59,870 nt of DNA, taken from NCBI GenBank assembly GCA_903873475.1, contig CAIQON010000235.1, positions 1 to 59,870 of the forward strand, read 5' to 3'. The position numbers and the translations under genes were made by a program. The notes below the pieces were generated by a model that saw nothing but the letters and a program-made list of their open reading frames with translations, was not told the DNA's origin and did no database searches. The first letter of the stretch is position 1. Every line of letters starts with the position of its first letter. The stretch is from an uncultured bacterium. GTDB taxonomy: Bacteria > Pseudomonadota > Gammaproteobacteria > Burkholderiales > CAIKXV01. This document shows, one piece after another, positions 10,331-19,419 of the stretch.

Positions 10331-10372
10331 AACCGCGCACACTGGGCGGCCACCAGTGGTAATCAAACCGCC

Positions 10373-11353
10373 TTGAATCCCATCGAACGCTTCTATCGTA
10401 TCGACCAGCTGATCACCGAGCACGGCAGCCTGTCGATGCAGTCGCTATGCAGTGAGCTCGAGGTCTCGCGCGCAACCGCCAAGCGCGACCTGACCTACAT
10501 GCGCGATCGGCTCAATGCGCCGATCGTGTTCGACCGGTTCACGGGCGGCTATCGGTTCGAGAAGTCGAAGAGCCGTTCCGGGCCGCGGTATGCGTTGCCC
10601 GGTCTCTGGTTCTCCGCCGACGAGATCCACGCCCTGATGACGATGAACGCCTTGCTGCAGGAACTCGATCCGGGCGGCTTCATCGGTGCCGAGGTGCGCC
10701 CGCTGATCGACCGGCTCGAGGGGTTGCTCGGGCGGGCGAACGCGCCGGCGCGGGCGGTCATGCTGCGGGTGAGGCTGGTCCGCAGCATGGGCCGGCCAGT
10801 GCCGTTGAAGTGGTTCCAGATGGTCGGTGCGGCAGTCATGGCGGGCCGGCGGCTGCAGATCGCCTACCTCGGGCGCCATCGCAACGAGCGGTCGACGCGC
10901 GAAGTCTCGCCCCTGCGGCTCGTCTTCCATCGCAACTCCTGGTATCTCGATGCGTGGTGCCACCAGGTGGATGACTTCCGGACCTTCGCGATCGACGCGA
11001 TCGAGCAGGCCATTCCCCTCGACGCACGGGCACGCCGCGTGTCATTGGCGGAAGTCGATGCACGGCTGGGCGGTGGCTACGGCATTTACAAGGGCGAGCG
11101 GCTGCGGTGGGCGCGGCTGCGCTTCGATGCGCGGGCTGCCGTTTGGGTGCGTTCCGAGCAATGGCATCCGCAGCAGAAGGCGCGTGCGCTGCCGGATGGC
11201 AAGTATGAACTGCGCCTGCCCTATGCCGAGCCGCACGAACTGGTGATGGACATCCTGCGCCATGCCGAACAGGTCGAGGTGGTCGAGCCCGACGAGTTGC
11301 GGGACGAGGTCGCTCGCAGGCTGCGCCTGGCGGTGGAACGATACGGCGCTTGA
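10373..11353 (+). CDS. wHTH-WYL-WCX transcriptional regulator (YafY/PafC family)
   Basis: ELEVSRATAKRDL HTH; REVSPLRL...NSWYLDAWC...RTFAIDAI WYL domain; WHPQQ and EVVEPDELR WCX; TTG start. Confidence 0.93.
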   Translation: MNPIERFYRIDQLITEHGSLSMQSLCSELEVSRATAKRDLTYMRDRLNAPIVFDRFTGGYRFEKSKSRSGPRYALPGLWFSADEIHALMTMNALLQELDPGGFIGAEVRPLIDRLEGLLGRANAPARAVMLRVRLVRSMGRPVPLKWFQMVGAAVMAGRRLQIAYLGRHRNERSTREVSPLRLVFHRNSWYLDAWCHQVDDFRTFAIDAIEQAIPLDARARRVSLAEVDARLGGGYGIYKGERLRWARLRFDARAAVWVRSEQWHPQQKARALPDGKYELRLPYAEPHELVMDILRHAEQVEVVEPDELRDEVARRLRLAVERYGA

Positions 11354-11376
11354 TCGGGCACGCCGTCGGGCACCGC

Positions 11377-11406
11377 TTGACGCCTCGCCCCTGCGATTCC
11401 TACACT
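11377..11406 (+). promoter_or_regulatory. Putative sigma70 promoter
   Basis: TTGACG-N18-TACACT upstream of the Bug gene at 11470. Confidence 0.45.
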
Positions 11407-11469
11407 GCCTCCCTACAGGTGATCGTGAAGCCGCGCGACAGACGAGGCCACGATCCGGAGGAGAAACCG

Positions 11470-12495
11470 ATGTCCCAGCCCCGTCCGCTCCGCGGACAGC
11501 AGCGCCGCCCGCGCCTGCTGCCTGCTGTCATGGCCACCCTGGCGTTGTCCTGTGCACTGCCCGCGGCAGCGCAGGCCCAGGATTTTCCCGCGCGTCCGAT
11601 CCGCCTGATTGAAGGCTTCGGTGCCGGTGGTGTCGTCGACCTGGTGGCGCGATTGCTGATGCCGAAGATGTCCGCTGCGCTCGGCCAGCCGATCATCCTC
11701 GAGAACCGCGTCGGCGCGGCCGGGGTGATCGCGAGCAGCCTGGTGGCGAAGGCTGCGCCCGATGGCCATACCTGGCTGATCACCACTGGCTCGCATACGT
11801 CGAACACGGCCTTCAACCCGTCTGGCGTACCGTACGACCCCGTCAAGGACTTCGCGCCGGTCACGCAGATCGCGCGCACCTACGGCATGGTGCACCTGGT
11901 GCATCCGTCGATCCCGGCGCGCAGCGTCAAGGAGTTCGTCACGCTTGCGCGCAAGTATCCGGGCAAGCTCACCTACGGCGCCGCTGGCGTCGGCAACATC
12001 CTGTACATCGGGGCCGAGATGCTCAAGGCGGTGTCGGGCACCGACATCCGCTACGTGCAGTACAAGGGTGCGGCACAGGCCACCAACGATCTCATGGGCG
12101 GGCACATCGACACGCTGTTCCTCACCACCCCGGTGGCGATGCCGCTGATCAAGGGTGGCAAGGCACGCCCGCTGGCGATCACCGGGCCGATCCGCTGGAA
12201 GGGCCTGCCCGAAGTACCGACGATGCGCGAGGCAGGCTTCCCCGATTTCGACCTGATCGGCTGGTTCGGCCTCTGGTTGCCGCCCGGCACGCGCCCCGAG
12301 ATCGTCGCCCGCCTGCATGCCGAGGTCGAGCGTGCCGTCGCCGATCCGGACATCCGCAACCGGTTCGATGAACTCGGACTGCTGGCCGGCGGCATGAGCA
12401 CCGCCGATTTCGCGCGCTACGTGGCACAGGACCTCGCGCAGATGCGCGACCTCGCAGCCCGCATCGCGAAGGCGGGCGGCCACAAGACCGACTGA
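11470..12495 (+). CDS. Bug/TctC tripartite tricarboxylate transporter substrate-binding protein (1)
   Basis: RBS GGAGGAG; FPARPIRLI..FGAGGVVD, ENRVGAAG, YKG, PEVPTMREAG. Confidence 0.93.
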   Translation: MSQPRPLRGQQRRPRLLPAVMATLALSCALPAAAQAQDFPARPIRLIEGFGAGGVVDLVARLLMPKMSAALGQPIILENRVGAAGVIASSLVAKAAPDGHTWLITTGSHTSNTAFNPSGVPYDPVKDFAPVTQIARTYGMVHLVHPSIPARSVKEFVTLARKYPGKLTYGAAGVGNILYIGAEMLKAVSGTDIRYVQYKGAAQATNDLMGGHIDTLFLTTPVAMPLIKGGKARPLAITGPIRWKGLPEVPTMREAGFPDFDLIGWFGLWLPPGTRPEIVARLHAEVERAVADPDIRNRFDELGLLAGGMSTADFARYVAQDLAQMRDLAARIAKAGGHKTD

Positions 12496-12554
12496 AGGTC
12501 CTCCTTCGACCTGCCCGTCGTCCACCGTATCCCCTTCCATCCACTGGCCCGCAC

Positions 12555-14330
12555 ATGAGCATGACCCCGATCTCCGACGACCCCTATCGCCACGCCCGCC
12601 GCAGCGAGGTGCGCGACGGCATGCAGATCGACTGGGACGTGCCGATCCTGATGGACGACGGCGTCGTGCTGCGCGCCGACGTGTTCCGACCGCTGGGCGA
12701 AGGCCGCCATCCAGTCATCCTGTCGAGCGGCCCGTATGCCAAGGGCCTCGATTTCCAGGAAGGCTATCCGAGCCACTGGGCGCGGCTGGTCAAGGCCGCA
12801 CCCGAGATCCTCGAAGGTTCGTCCAACAAGTACCAGAACTGGGAACTGGTCGACCCCGAGAAGTGGGTGCCCGATGGTTACGCCTGCGTACGCGTGGATT
12901 CGCGTGGTGCAGGCCGCTCGCCCGGGGTGATCGACTGCTGGTCGCCGCGCGAGACGCTCGACATGAAGCTGTGCATCGAGTGGGCGGGCGATCAGTCGTG
13001 GAGCAGCGGCAAGGTCGGGTTGAACGGCATCTCGTACTACGCGATGAACCAGTGGCAGGTTGGTGCACTCAAGCCGAAACACCTGGCCGCGATGTGCATC
13101 TGGGAGGGTTCGTCCGACTACTACCGCGAACTCTCGCGCCACGGCGGCATCCTGTGCGGCTTCCTCGACGGCTGGTACCGGCGGCAGGTGAAGTCGGTGC
13201 AGCACGGCCTGGGCACGCGCGGCCCGAAGAGCAAGGTGACCGGCGAGCCGGTCGCCGGTCCGCTCGAACTGAGCGAGGCCGAACTCGAAGCCAATCGCGT
13301 CGACCTCGGCGGCGAAGCGCTCGCGCGCCCCATGATCGACGACTACTACCGCGCGCGCATGCCGCGCTTCGAGGACATCGAGGTGCCGCTGGTGTCGTGC
13401 TCGAACTGGGGCGGCATGGGGCTGCATCCGCGCGGCAATTTCGAGGGCTACCTGCGCGCGGGCTCGCGCCAGAAGTGGCTCGAGATCCATGGCGACACCC
13501 ACTTCACGCATTTCTATACGAGCTATGGCATCGCCCTGCAAAAGCGCTTCTTCGGCCATTTCCTGAAGGGCGAGGACACCGGCTGGGGACGCCAGCCGCG
13601 CGTGTCGGTCAACGTGCGCCATCCGGGCGAACGCTTCGAACTGCGCGATGAACAGGAATGGCCGCTGGCCGGCACCCGCTTCACGCCGTTCTACCTCGAC
13701 CCGGCCAGCCGGACGCTGACCACCACGCGCCCGTCCGCGAGCGCCACGCTCGATTACGAAGCGATGGGCGAAGGGCTGACTTTCAGCACCCCGCCGCTCA
13801 CCGCACCGATCGAGATCACCGGTCCGGTGGCGGCGAAGCTGTGGCTGTCGTCGCGCACCCGCGATGCAGACGTGTTCTTCGTGGTGCGCGTGTACGACCC
13901 GCAAGGCAAGGAAGTCACCTTCATCGGGGCCAACGATCCGCGCGTGCCGGTGGCGATCGGCTGGCTGCGCGCGTCGCAGCGCAAGCTCGACCCGGGCGAG
14001 AGCCGGCCGTGGCGGCCGTGGCACACGCATGACGAAGCCTGGCCACTGCAGCCCGGCGTGCCGGTAGAGCTCGATGTCGAAGTGTGGCCGACGTCGATCG
14101 TGGTACCGGTGGGCTATCGGCTCGCGGTGACCGTGCTCGGGCGAGACTACGAAGTGGATGGCACCGATGCCTCGCCGCCAAACGCGCCGTATCCGATGAA
14201 GGGCGTGGGGCCGTTCCTGCACGACGACCCGGTCGATCGGCCGCCCGAGGTGTTCGGTGGCGTGAACACGCTGCACTTCGACCGCGAGCGGGCGCCGTAT
14301 GTGCTGTTGCCGGTGATCGAGGCACGGTAG
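12555..14330 (+). CDS. CocE/NonD family serine hydrolase (peptidase S15)
   Basis: DGVVLRADVFRP, GPYAK, DSRGAGRSPG, nucleophile elbow GISYYA, C-terminal EITGPVAAKLWLSS...DADVF and GWLRAS. Confidence 0.92.
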   Translation: MSMTPISDDPYRHARRSEVRDGMQIDWDVPILMDDGVVLRADVFRPLGEGRHPVILSSGPYAKGLDFQEGYPSHWARLVKAAPEILEGSSNKYQNWELVDPEKWVPDGYACVRVDSRGAGRSPGVIDCWSPRETLDMKLCIEWAGDQSWSSGKVGLNGISYYAMNQWQVGALKPKHLAAMCIWEGSSDYYRELSRHGGILCGFLDGWYRRQVKSVQHGLGTRGPKSKVTGEPVAGPLELSEAELEANRVDLGGEALARPMIDDYYRARMPRFEDIEVPLVSCSNWGGMGLHPRGNFEGYLRAGSRQKWLEIHGDTHFTHFYTSYGIALQKRFFGHFLKGEDTGWGRQPRVSVNVRHPGERFELRDEQEWPLAGTRFTPFYLDPASRTLTTTRPSASATLDYEAMGEGLTFSTPPLTAPIEITGPVAAKLWLSSRTRDADVFFVVRVYDPQGKEVTFIGANDPRVPVAIGWLRASQRKLDPGESRPWRPWHTHDEAWPLQPGVPVELDVEVWPTSIVVPVGYRLAVTVLGRDYEVDGTDASPPNAPYPMKGVGPFLHDDPVDRPPEVFGGVNTLHFDRERAPYVLLPVIEAR

Positions 14331-14416
14331 GCTCAAGGGCGGCCCGCGGCCGCGCTGGCTTCGTTATTGCTTCCGGTGGGGCGGTCGTGGCCCCGCACGC
14401 CGCGCGGCTCTCCGTG

Positions 14417-15427
14417 ATGAAAGGCTCTCTCGTGTACGCCAACCTGCACCGTACCGCCACGCCGGCGCGCCTGTATCTTGTCGCAGCCGCTGCAACGATG
14501 GCCGCCTCCAGCGGTGCATCCGCCCAATCCTGGCCGGTGTCACCCGTGCGCATGATCGTACCGTTCACCGTCGGCGGTGCATCGGACACTGCCGGCCGTA
14601 TCCTGGCCCAACAGTTCAGCGAGCGCTGGGGGCAGAAGGTGTTCGTCGAGAACCGACCGGGCGCCGGCGGCACCATCGGCACCGAAATCGCCGCGCGGGC
14701 GAAGCCCGATGGCTACACGCTCCTGCTCGGGTCGTCGACCGAACTCGCGGTGAACCCGAACCTGTACCCCAAGCTCGCGTACGACACGCTGCGCGACTTC
14801 GCACCGATCGGACTGGTCTCCTCGACGCCGATGCTGCTGCTGGTGCATCCGTCGCTGCCGGTGAAGACAGTGGCTGACCTGGTGAAGCTCGCGAAGGCGC
14901 GACCGGGCGACCTGATCTATGCCTCGTCCGGCAACGGCGCCAGTACACATCTCGCGCCGGAGATGTTCAAGCGCGCAGCGGGCATCGACCTGCTGCACCT
15001 GCCACATACCGGCGCGGCACCGGCCGTCGTGAGCATCATGAACGGACAGGCGCAGGCAGGCATCCATGCGGTGCCGGCCGTGCTTGGCCAGGTGCGCAGC
15101 GGCAAGCTGCGCGCACTCGCGGTCACCAGCGCAAGGCCGATCGACCCGTTGCCGGGCGTGCCGACGCTGGTGCAGTCGGGCTATCCCTCGATGGACGTGG
15201 TGATCTGGAACGGCCTGCTGGCTCCTTCAGGTACGCCGGCCGAGGTACTGTCGCGTATCGAGTCGGACCTGCTCGTGGTGCTGAAGGATGCGCAGGTGCA
15301 GAAGAGCTTCGCCAACCAGGGCGCCGAGATGACGCCCGGCGATGGCAAGGTGCTCGGGCAGCTGATCCGCTCCGAGCTCGCACGCTTCGGGCAGGTGATA
15401 CAACAGGCGAAGATCCGGCTCGACTGA
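14417..15427 (+). CDS. Bug/TctC substrate-binding protein (2)
   Basis: WPVSPVRMIVPFTVGGASD, ENRPGAGG, PDGYTLL, SSGNG; start approximate. Confidence 0.92.
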   Translation: MKGSLVYANLHRTATPARLYLVAAAATMAASSGASAQSWPVSPVRMIVPFTVGGASDTAGRILAQQFSERWGQKVFVENRPGAGGTIGTEIAARAKPDGYTLLLGSSTELAVNPNLYPKLAYDTLRDFAPIGLVSSTPMLLLVHPSLPVKTVADLVKLAKARPGDLIYASSGNGASTHLAPEMFKRAAGIDLLHLPHTGAAPAVVSIMNGQAQAGIHAVPAVLGQVRSGKLRALAVTSARPIDPLPGVPTLVQSGYPSMDVVIWNGLLAPSGTPAEVLSRIESDLLVVLKDAQVQKSFANQGAEMTPGDGKVLGQLIRSELARFGQVIQQAKIRLD

Positions 15428-15453
15428 TCCGGCTCGACTGATCCGGCTCGACT
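15412..15453. repeat. 14-bp tandem repeat x3 (GATCCGGCTCGACT) spanning the Bug stop codon
   Basis: Three exact copies at 15412, 15426 and 15440. Confidence 0.95.
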
Positions 15454-15472
15454 GACCCGCAGGAGGAAGGCA

Positions 15473-15955
15473 ATGGCACTTGATCACGCGCACTTCATGG
15501 ACATCGCGCTGGAACTGTCGCGCGAAGCCTGGGTGCAGGGCAACCGGCCGCTCGGCTCGCTGATCGTCGACGGCGACGGCAACATCCTCGCGCGCGGCGG
15601 CAACCGGGTGTATTCCGACTCAGACCCGACCGCGCATGGCGAGATGGTGGTGATCCGCGAGGTCTGCCATGCACAGCAGCGCGTGGATCTGTCCGATTGC
15701 ACGCTGTATACCGCGCTGGAGCCCTGCCCGATGTGCTGCTGGGCGATCCTGGAAGCGAAGGTCGGCTGCCTGGTGATCGGCGGACGCCATGCGGGCATCG
15801 GCCGCAAGGATGTCGGCCGCTACAGCGTCGAGACGCTGCTCGACCTCACCGGCCGGAAGCTGGATTTCGTCACCGGCGTGCGCACGAAGGAATGCGAGGA
15901 ACTGCGGCTGACGTGGATCGCCGAGCGCGCGGCGCGCGGGCTCGGGCCGAGGTAG
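15473..15955 (+). CDS. Zn-dependent nucleoside/nucleobase deaminase (TadA/GuaD-like)
   Basis: DPTAHGE and EPCPMC zinc motifs; RBS AGGAGG. Confidence 0.9.
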   Translation: MALDHAHFMDIALELSREAWVQGNRPLGSLIVDGDGNILARGGNRVYSDSDPTAHGEMVVIREVCHAQQRVDLSDCTLYTALEPCPMCCWAILEAKVGCLVIGGRHAGIGRKDVGRYSVETLLDLTGRKLDFVTGVRTKECEELRLTWIAERAARGLGPR

Positions 15956-16038
15956 GGGGCGCATGATGCACCCAGCGACGCGCGTCACACAAGATTCGCT
16001 GCAGGATTGATTTTTTCGGCAAGCTGCCAGAGAGTGGG

Positions 16039-16584
16039 ATGACCATGCAATCGATCAAGCACACCATCGATCCGGCCTGTGCCGGAGTTCCGTTGCAGGA
16101 CCTGATCGACACTCGCGTCGCCCGCTTCACCGAGATACCGGGTGACTGGGACGCCTTCGCCGACTCGCAGGTCGAAGGCCGGCGGCGCGGCCAGCACCGC
16201 TTCATCGGCGCTGGCGGGTCGGGCAAGCATGATCCGCGCGCGATCCCTGCAGGCGGCTTCACGCTGAGCATCATGCAGGTACCGCCAGGCCAGGGGGGCT
16301 CGGCCCATACGCATGAAGTCGAAGAAGCGTTCTTCGTGCTCGAAGGCGTACTCACCGTCTTCCTGGAAGATGCCCAGGGCAACCGGGTCTCGACCCGGCT
16401 CAACCGCTGGGAGGCCATCTCTTGCCCGGCAGGGGTGCTCCACGGCTTCGAGAACGAGGGTGACGTGGACGTCTACATGCAGACCTTCATCGGCTCCGGC
16501 AAGCCGGGGCCCGTCGGCTACGCCGACGACGCGATCTACTCGGAAGAAACGACGCGGCTGGCCGCGCGCCAGTCCGCGACCTGA
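16039..16584 (+). CDS. Cupin domain protein
   Basis: HTHEVEEAFFVLEG and PAGVLHGFEN cupin motifs. Confidence 0.88.
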   Translation: MTMQSIKHTIDPACAGVPLQDLIDTRVARFTEIPGDWDAFADSQVEGRRRGQHRFIGAGGSGKHDPRAIPAGGFTLSIMQVPPGQGGSAHTHEVEEAFFVLEGVLTVFLEDAQGNRVSTRLNRWEAISCPAGVLHGFENEGDVDVYMQTFIGSGKPGPVGYADDAIYSEETTRLAARQSAT

Positions 16585-17084
16585 TTGTCGGACAGGGACA
16601 CCAGGGGTGGCGGCGCATCGTTGACCTGCAGGTGGAACACGTCCGGCCGGTTGTAGTGCCCGCCGAAGTCGTGCACCAGCCGCGCGCAAACGGTGAGCTC
16701 GAGGTCGATGTCCGCATCCGTCGCGGGCAACCGCTCGGCCATCTCGGCAGTGACAATGCCGCAGGCGCTGATCACGAAGCACTTGCAGGTATAGGCGACG
16801 TTGCGTGCAACCAGCAGGCTCATCTCCGGCATGTCGGGGAAGCCTGGCGTGGGCTTGAAGTGGTTCGGCCATGACGCCACATGGATGCGCGAATACTGCG
16901 AGGCGATGACGGCCTGCGCCAGCGGGTTCGAGTTCTCGCCGCAGATCAGCCCGCTTACCGGCCCGAACTCGGAGGGCCAGGTGCGCTGGCTGTCGCCCCC
17001 ACCGCCGGTGTGCACCAGGCGCTCGCTCATGGTGGGCATCAGCTTCTGGTGCCGGCCGACGATCGTCCCCTGGTCCAGTGACAG
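16536..17084 (-). pseudogene. Nitrilase (carbon-nitrogen hydrolase) remnant
   Basis: GRHQKLMPT (catalytic Lys), LICGENSNP (catalytic Cys) and DFGGHYNRPDVF are present. The N-terminal catalytic Glu region is absent, the segment between the Cys region and the C-terminal motif looks shortened, and the frame runs into the cupin 3' end. Confidence 0.75.
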
Positions 17085-18071
17085 TCACTGCAGCGAGATC
17101 TTCGCCTCGCGGATGATGGGCCCCAGCCGACGCAGGTCATCCGCGATGGCCTGTCCCAGCTGCTCCGGCGTGGATGTGGCGTTCACGAGCCCCATGCCGT
17201 TGACCCGCTCCATCACCCCCGGCTGGCGCATGATGCGAACGATCTCGGTGTTGAGGCGGGACACCACGTCCGCTGGCGTGCCGGCGGTAGCCATGACGGC
17301 ATAGAAGCCGTTGACGGCGGTCATGTCGGCGAAGCCCAGCTCCGACAGCGCAGGGACCGTTGGCAGCGAAGACAGTCGTGCCGGACCCACCACGGCCAGT
17401 GCCTTCACCTTGCCGGCCTGCACGTGCGGGATCGAGGTCGCCGAGTCGAACATGTAGTCGACCTGTCCTCCCAGCAGGGCATTGAGCGCGGGTGCGATGC
17501 CGCCGAATGGCACGTGCAGCGAACTCGTGCCGGTCTGCATCCCGAACAGGATGCCACCCAGCTGCGGGTTGGTGCCGTTACCCGACGAAGCGTACGTGAG
17601 CTTGCCCGGCTGCGCCTTCAACAGCTCGACGAACTCCTTCACCGTGTTCACTGCATGGCGCGGATGCACGGCGAGGATGAGGTTCAGGCGCGCCGGCATC
17701 ACGATCGGCGCGAAGCTCTTGATCGAATCGAACGGCATGTTCTTGTAGACATGCGGGTTCACGGTCAGTGTGCTCGAACTGCTGATCATCAGCGTATGGC
17801 CATCGGGCGCCGCGCGCGCGACGGACTCACCGGCCAGGTTGCCACCCGCGCCGGGGCGATTGACGACCAGCACCGGCTGGCCCAGAACCGGGGCGAGATC
17901 GACCGCGATCAGCCGGGCCACGGCGTCGATCGAACCGCCTGCGGGGACCGTGACGACCAGGTTGACCGGCTTCGAGGGGAATCCCTGCGCGGCAGCGGGC
18001 GCTGCAAGCAGCAACGCTGGAATCGCGACGGCACCTGCAAACGATACGTGTGGCCGGTTCATGGTTGGCAT
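17085..18071 (-). CDS. Bug/TctC substrate-binding protein (3)
   Basis: RBS AGGAG; FPSKPVNLVV..PAGGSID, NRPGAGG, SSGNG. Confidence 0.93.
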   Translation of the reverse strand: MPTMNRPHVSFAGAVAIPALLLAAPAAAQGFPSKPVNLVVTVPAGGSIDAVARLIAVDLAPVLGQPVLVVNRPGAGGNLAGESVARAAPDGHTLMISSSSTLTVNPHVYKNMPFDSIKSFAPIVMPARLNLILAVHPRHAVNTVKEFVELLKAQPGKLTYASSGNGTNPQLGGILFGMQTGTSSLHVPFGGIAPALNALLGGQVDYMFDSATSIPHVQAGKVKALAVVGPARLSSLPTVPALSELGFADMTAVNGFYAVMATAGTPADVVSRLNTEIVRIMRQPGVMERVNGMGLVNATSTPEQLGQAIADDLRRLGPIIREAKISLQ

Positions 18072-18426
18072 TCTCCTTTCGGCTTTTCGGATGCTACGTC
18101 AGTGCAAGCTTCGTACCACGAAGAAAGCTGCCGCCTGGAGGTTGCCAGCGATCTTCTTGCCGGATCGTCGGGAAGACCGAGGTTCGATGATTATCGGCCA
18201 AAGCGATACGCGACAGATATCGATCTGCCCGGTATTGCGCGTCCAATGAATCAGATCCTCGCTCAGGGCGACCCACTCGGTCAGATCCTCGATACGCATG
18301 GGCGTGCCCTCGGGCCGTCGCAGCGCGCCTGCAGGAGATGGCAGAGGCATGGCCGACCTGGCGGCAAACATGGCAAAGTATCTGTACACGTCGCTACCCG
18401 GTGGCGGACTACCTGTACGGACGCCG

Positions 18427-19419
18427 ATGGCCCGAATCTCATCCCGTATCTCGTTCTGTCCCTCCTTCCGCGCCTTCCCGGCTGTCGTCGCCCTTGCGCT
18501 CGCCCCTGCCGCAAGTGCCCAGCCCTGGCCATCGAAGCCGGTGCGCCTGATGGTCTCCGCCTCGCCGGGCGGCGCGATGGATACCCTCGCGCGCATTTCC
18601 GGCCAGGCGATGTCCGAGCGCCTCGGCCAGCCGGTGGTCGTCGAGAACCGTCCCGGCGCAGGTGGTGCGCTCGGTGGCGAGATCGTCGCGCGTTCCCCCG
18701 CCGACGGCTACACGCTCAACATCAACTCGATCGCGCATGCCGTGCTGCCGAGCGCGAACCGCAAGCTGTCCTACAGCCCGGAGCGCGACCTAGCCACGGT
18801 GAGCGTGATGGCGAACGGGCCGAACGTGCTGGTCGTGCATCCGTCGCTGCCGGCAAGGTCGGTGAAGGAACTGGTTGCGCTGGCGCGCGCGCGGCCCGGA
18901 GACCTGCTCTACTCGTCCTCGGGCATCGGCGGTAACCCGCACATGGCGATGGAGATGTTCAAGCTGCTGGCGAAGATCGACATCGTCCACGTGCCCTACA
19001 AGGGCGCCGCACCGGGCATGGTCGACCTGATCGCCGGTCGCGTGGCGATGACCTTCTCCAGCGTCGTCTCGGCGCGGCAGGAGGTCGCCATCGGACGGCT
19101 GCGCATGCTCGCCTCCGCCGGCGCGAAGCGCTCGGTGATCGTGCCCGACCTGCCGACGATGGCCGAGGCCGGCGTGACGGGCTATGCGGTCGACATCTGG
19201 TACGCGCTGTTCGCGCCGGCGGCGACGCCGAAGGAGGTGCTCGTCCGCCTGAACACCGAAGCCGCCCGCAGCGTGCAGGCACCCGCCGTCACTGCACGGC
19301 TGCTAGAGCAGGGGCTGGAGCCGGTCGGCGAGACGCTCGAGCGCAGCGATGCCTATATCCGCGCCGAGACGGCACGCTGGGCGAAGGTGGTGAAGGCGGC
19401 CGGGATCAGCGCGGACTGA
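18427..19419 (+). CDS. Bug/TctC substrate-binding protein (4)
   Basis: WPSKPVRLMV..SPGGAMD, ENRPGAGG, HVPYKG; start approximate. Confidence 0.92.
   Translation: MARISSRISFCPSFRAFPAVVALALAPAASAQPWPSKPVRLMVSASPGGAMDTLARISGQAMSERLGQPVVVENRPGAGGALGGEIVARSPADGYTLNINSIAHAVLPSANRKLSYSPERDLATVSVMANGPNVLVVHPSLPARSVKELVALARARPGDLLYSSSGIGGNPHMAMEMFKLLAKIDIVHVPYKGAAPGMVDLIAGRVAMTFSSVVSARQEVAIGRLRMLASAGAKRSVIVPDLPTMAEAGVTGYAVDIWYALFAPAATPKEVLVRLNTEAARSVQAPAVTARLLEQGLEPVGETLERSDAYIRAETARWAKVVKAAGISAD

Noticed and set aside
15412-15453. CRISPR array
   Set aside because: The 14-bp units are contiguous with no spacers, and no cas genes are present.
17040-17087. Sec or stop read-through fusing Bug 3 to the nitrilase fragment
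   Set aside because: The Bug ends at its normal C-terminus, the UGA is not in a Cys motif, no SECIS-like hairpin is seen, and the nitrilase lacks its catalytic Glu.
18099-18299. Small minus-strand ORF (MRIEDLTEWVALSEDL) as a LysR remnant
   Set aside because: The resemblance covers only a few residues and no HTH continuation follows.
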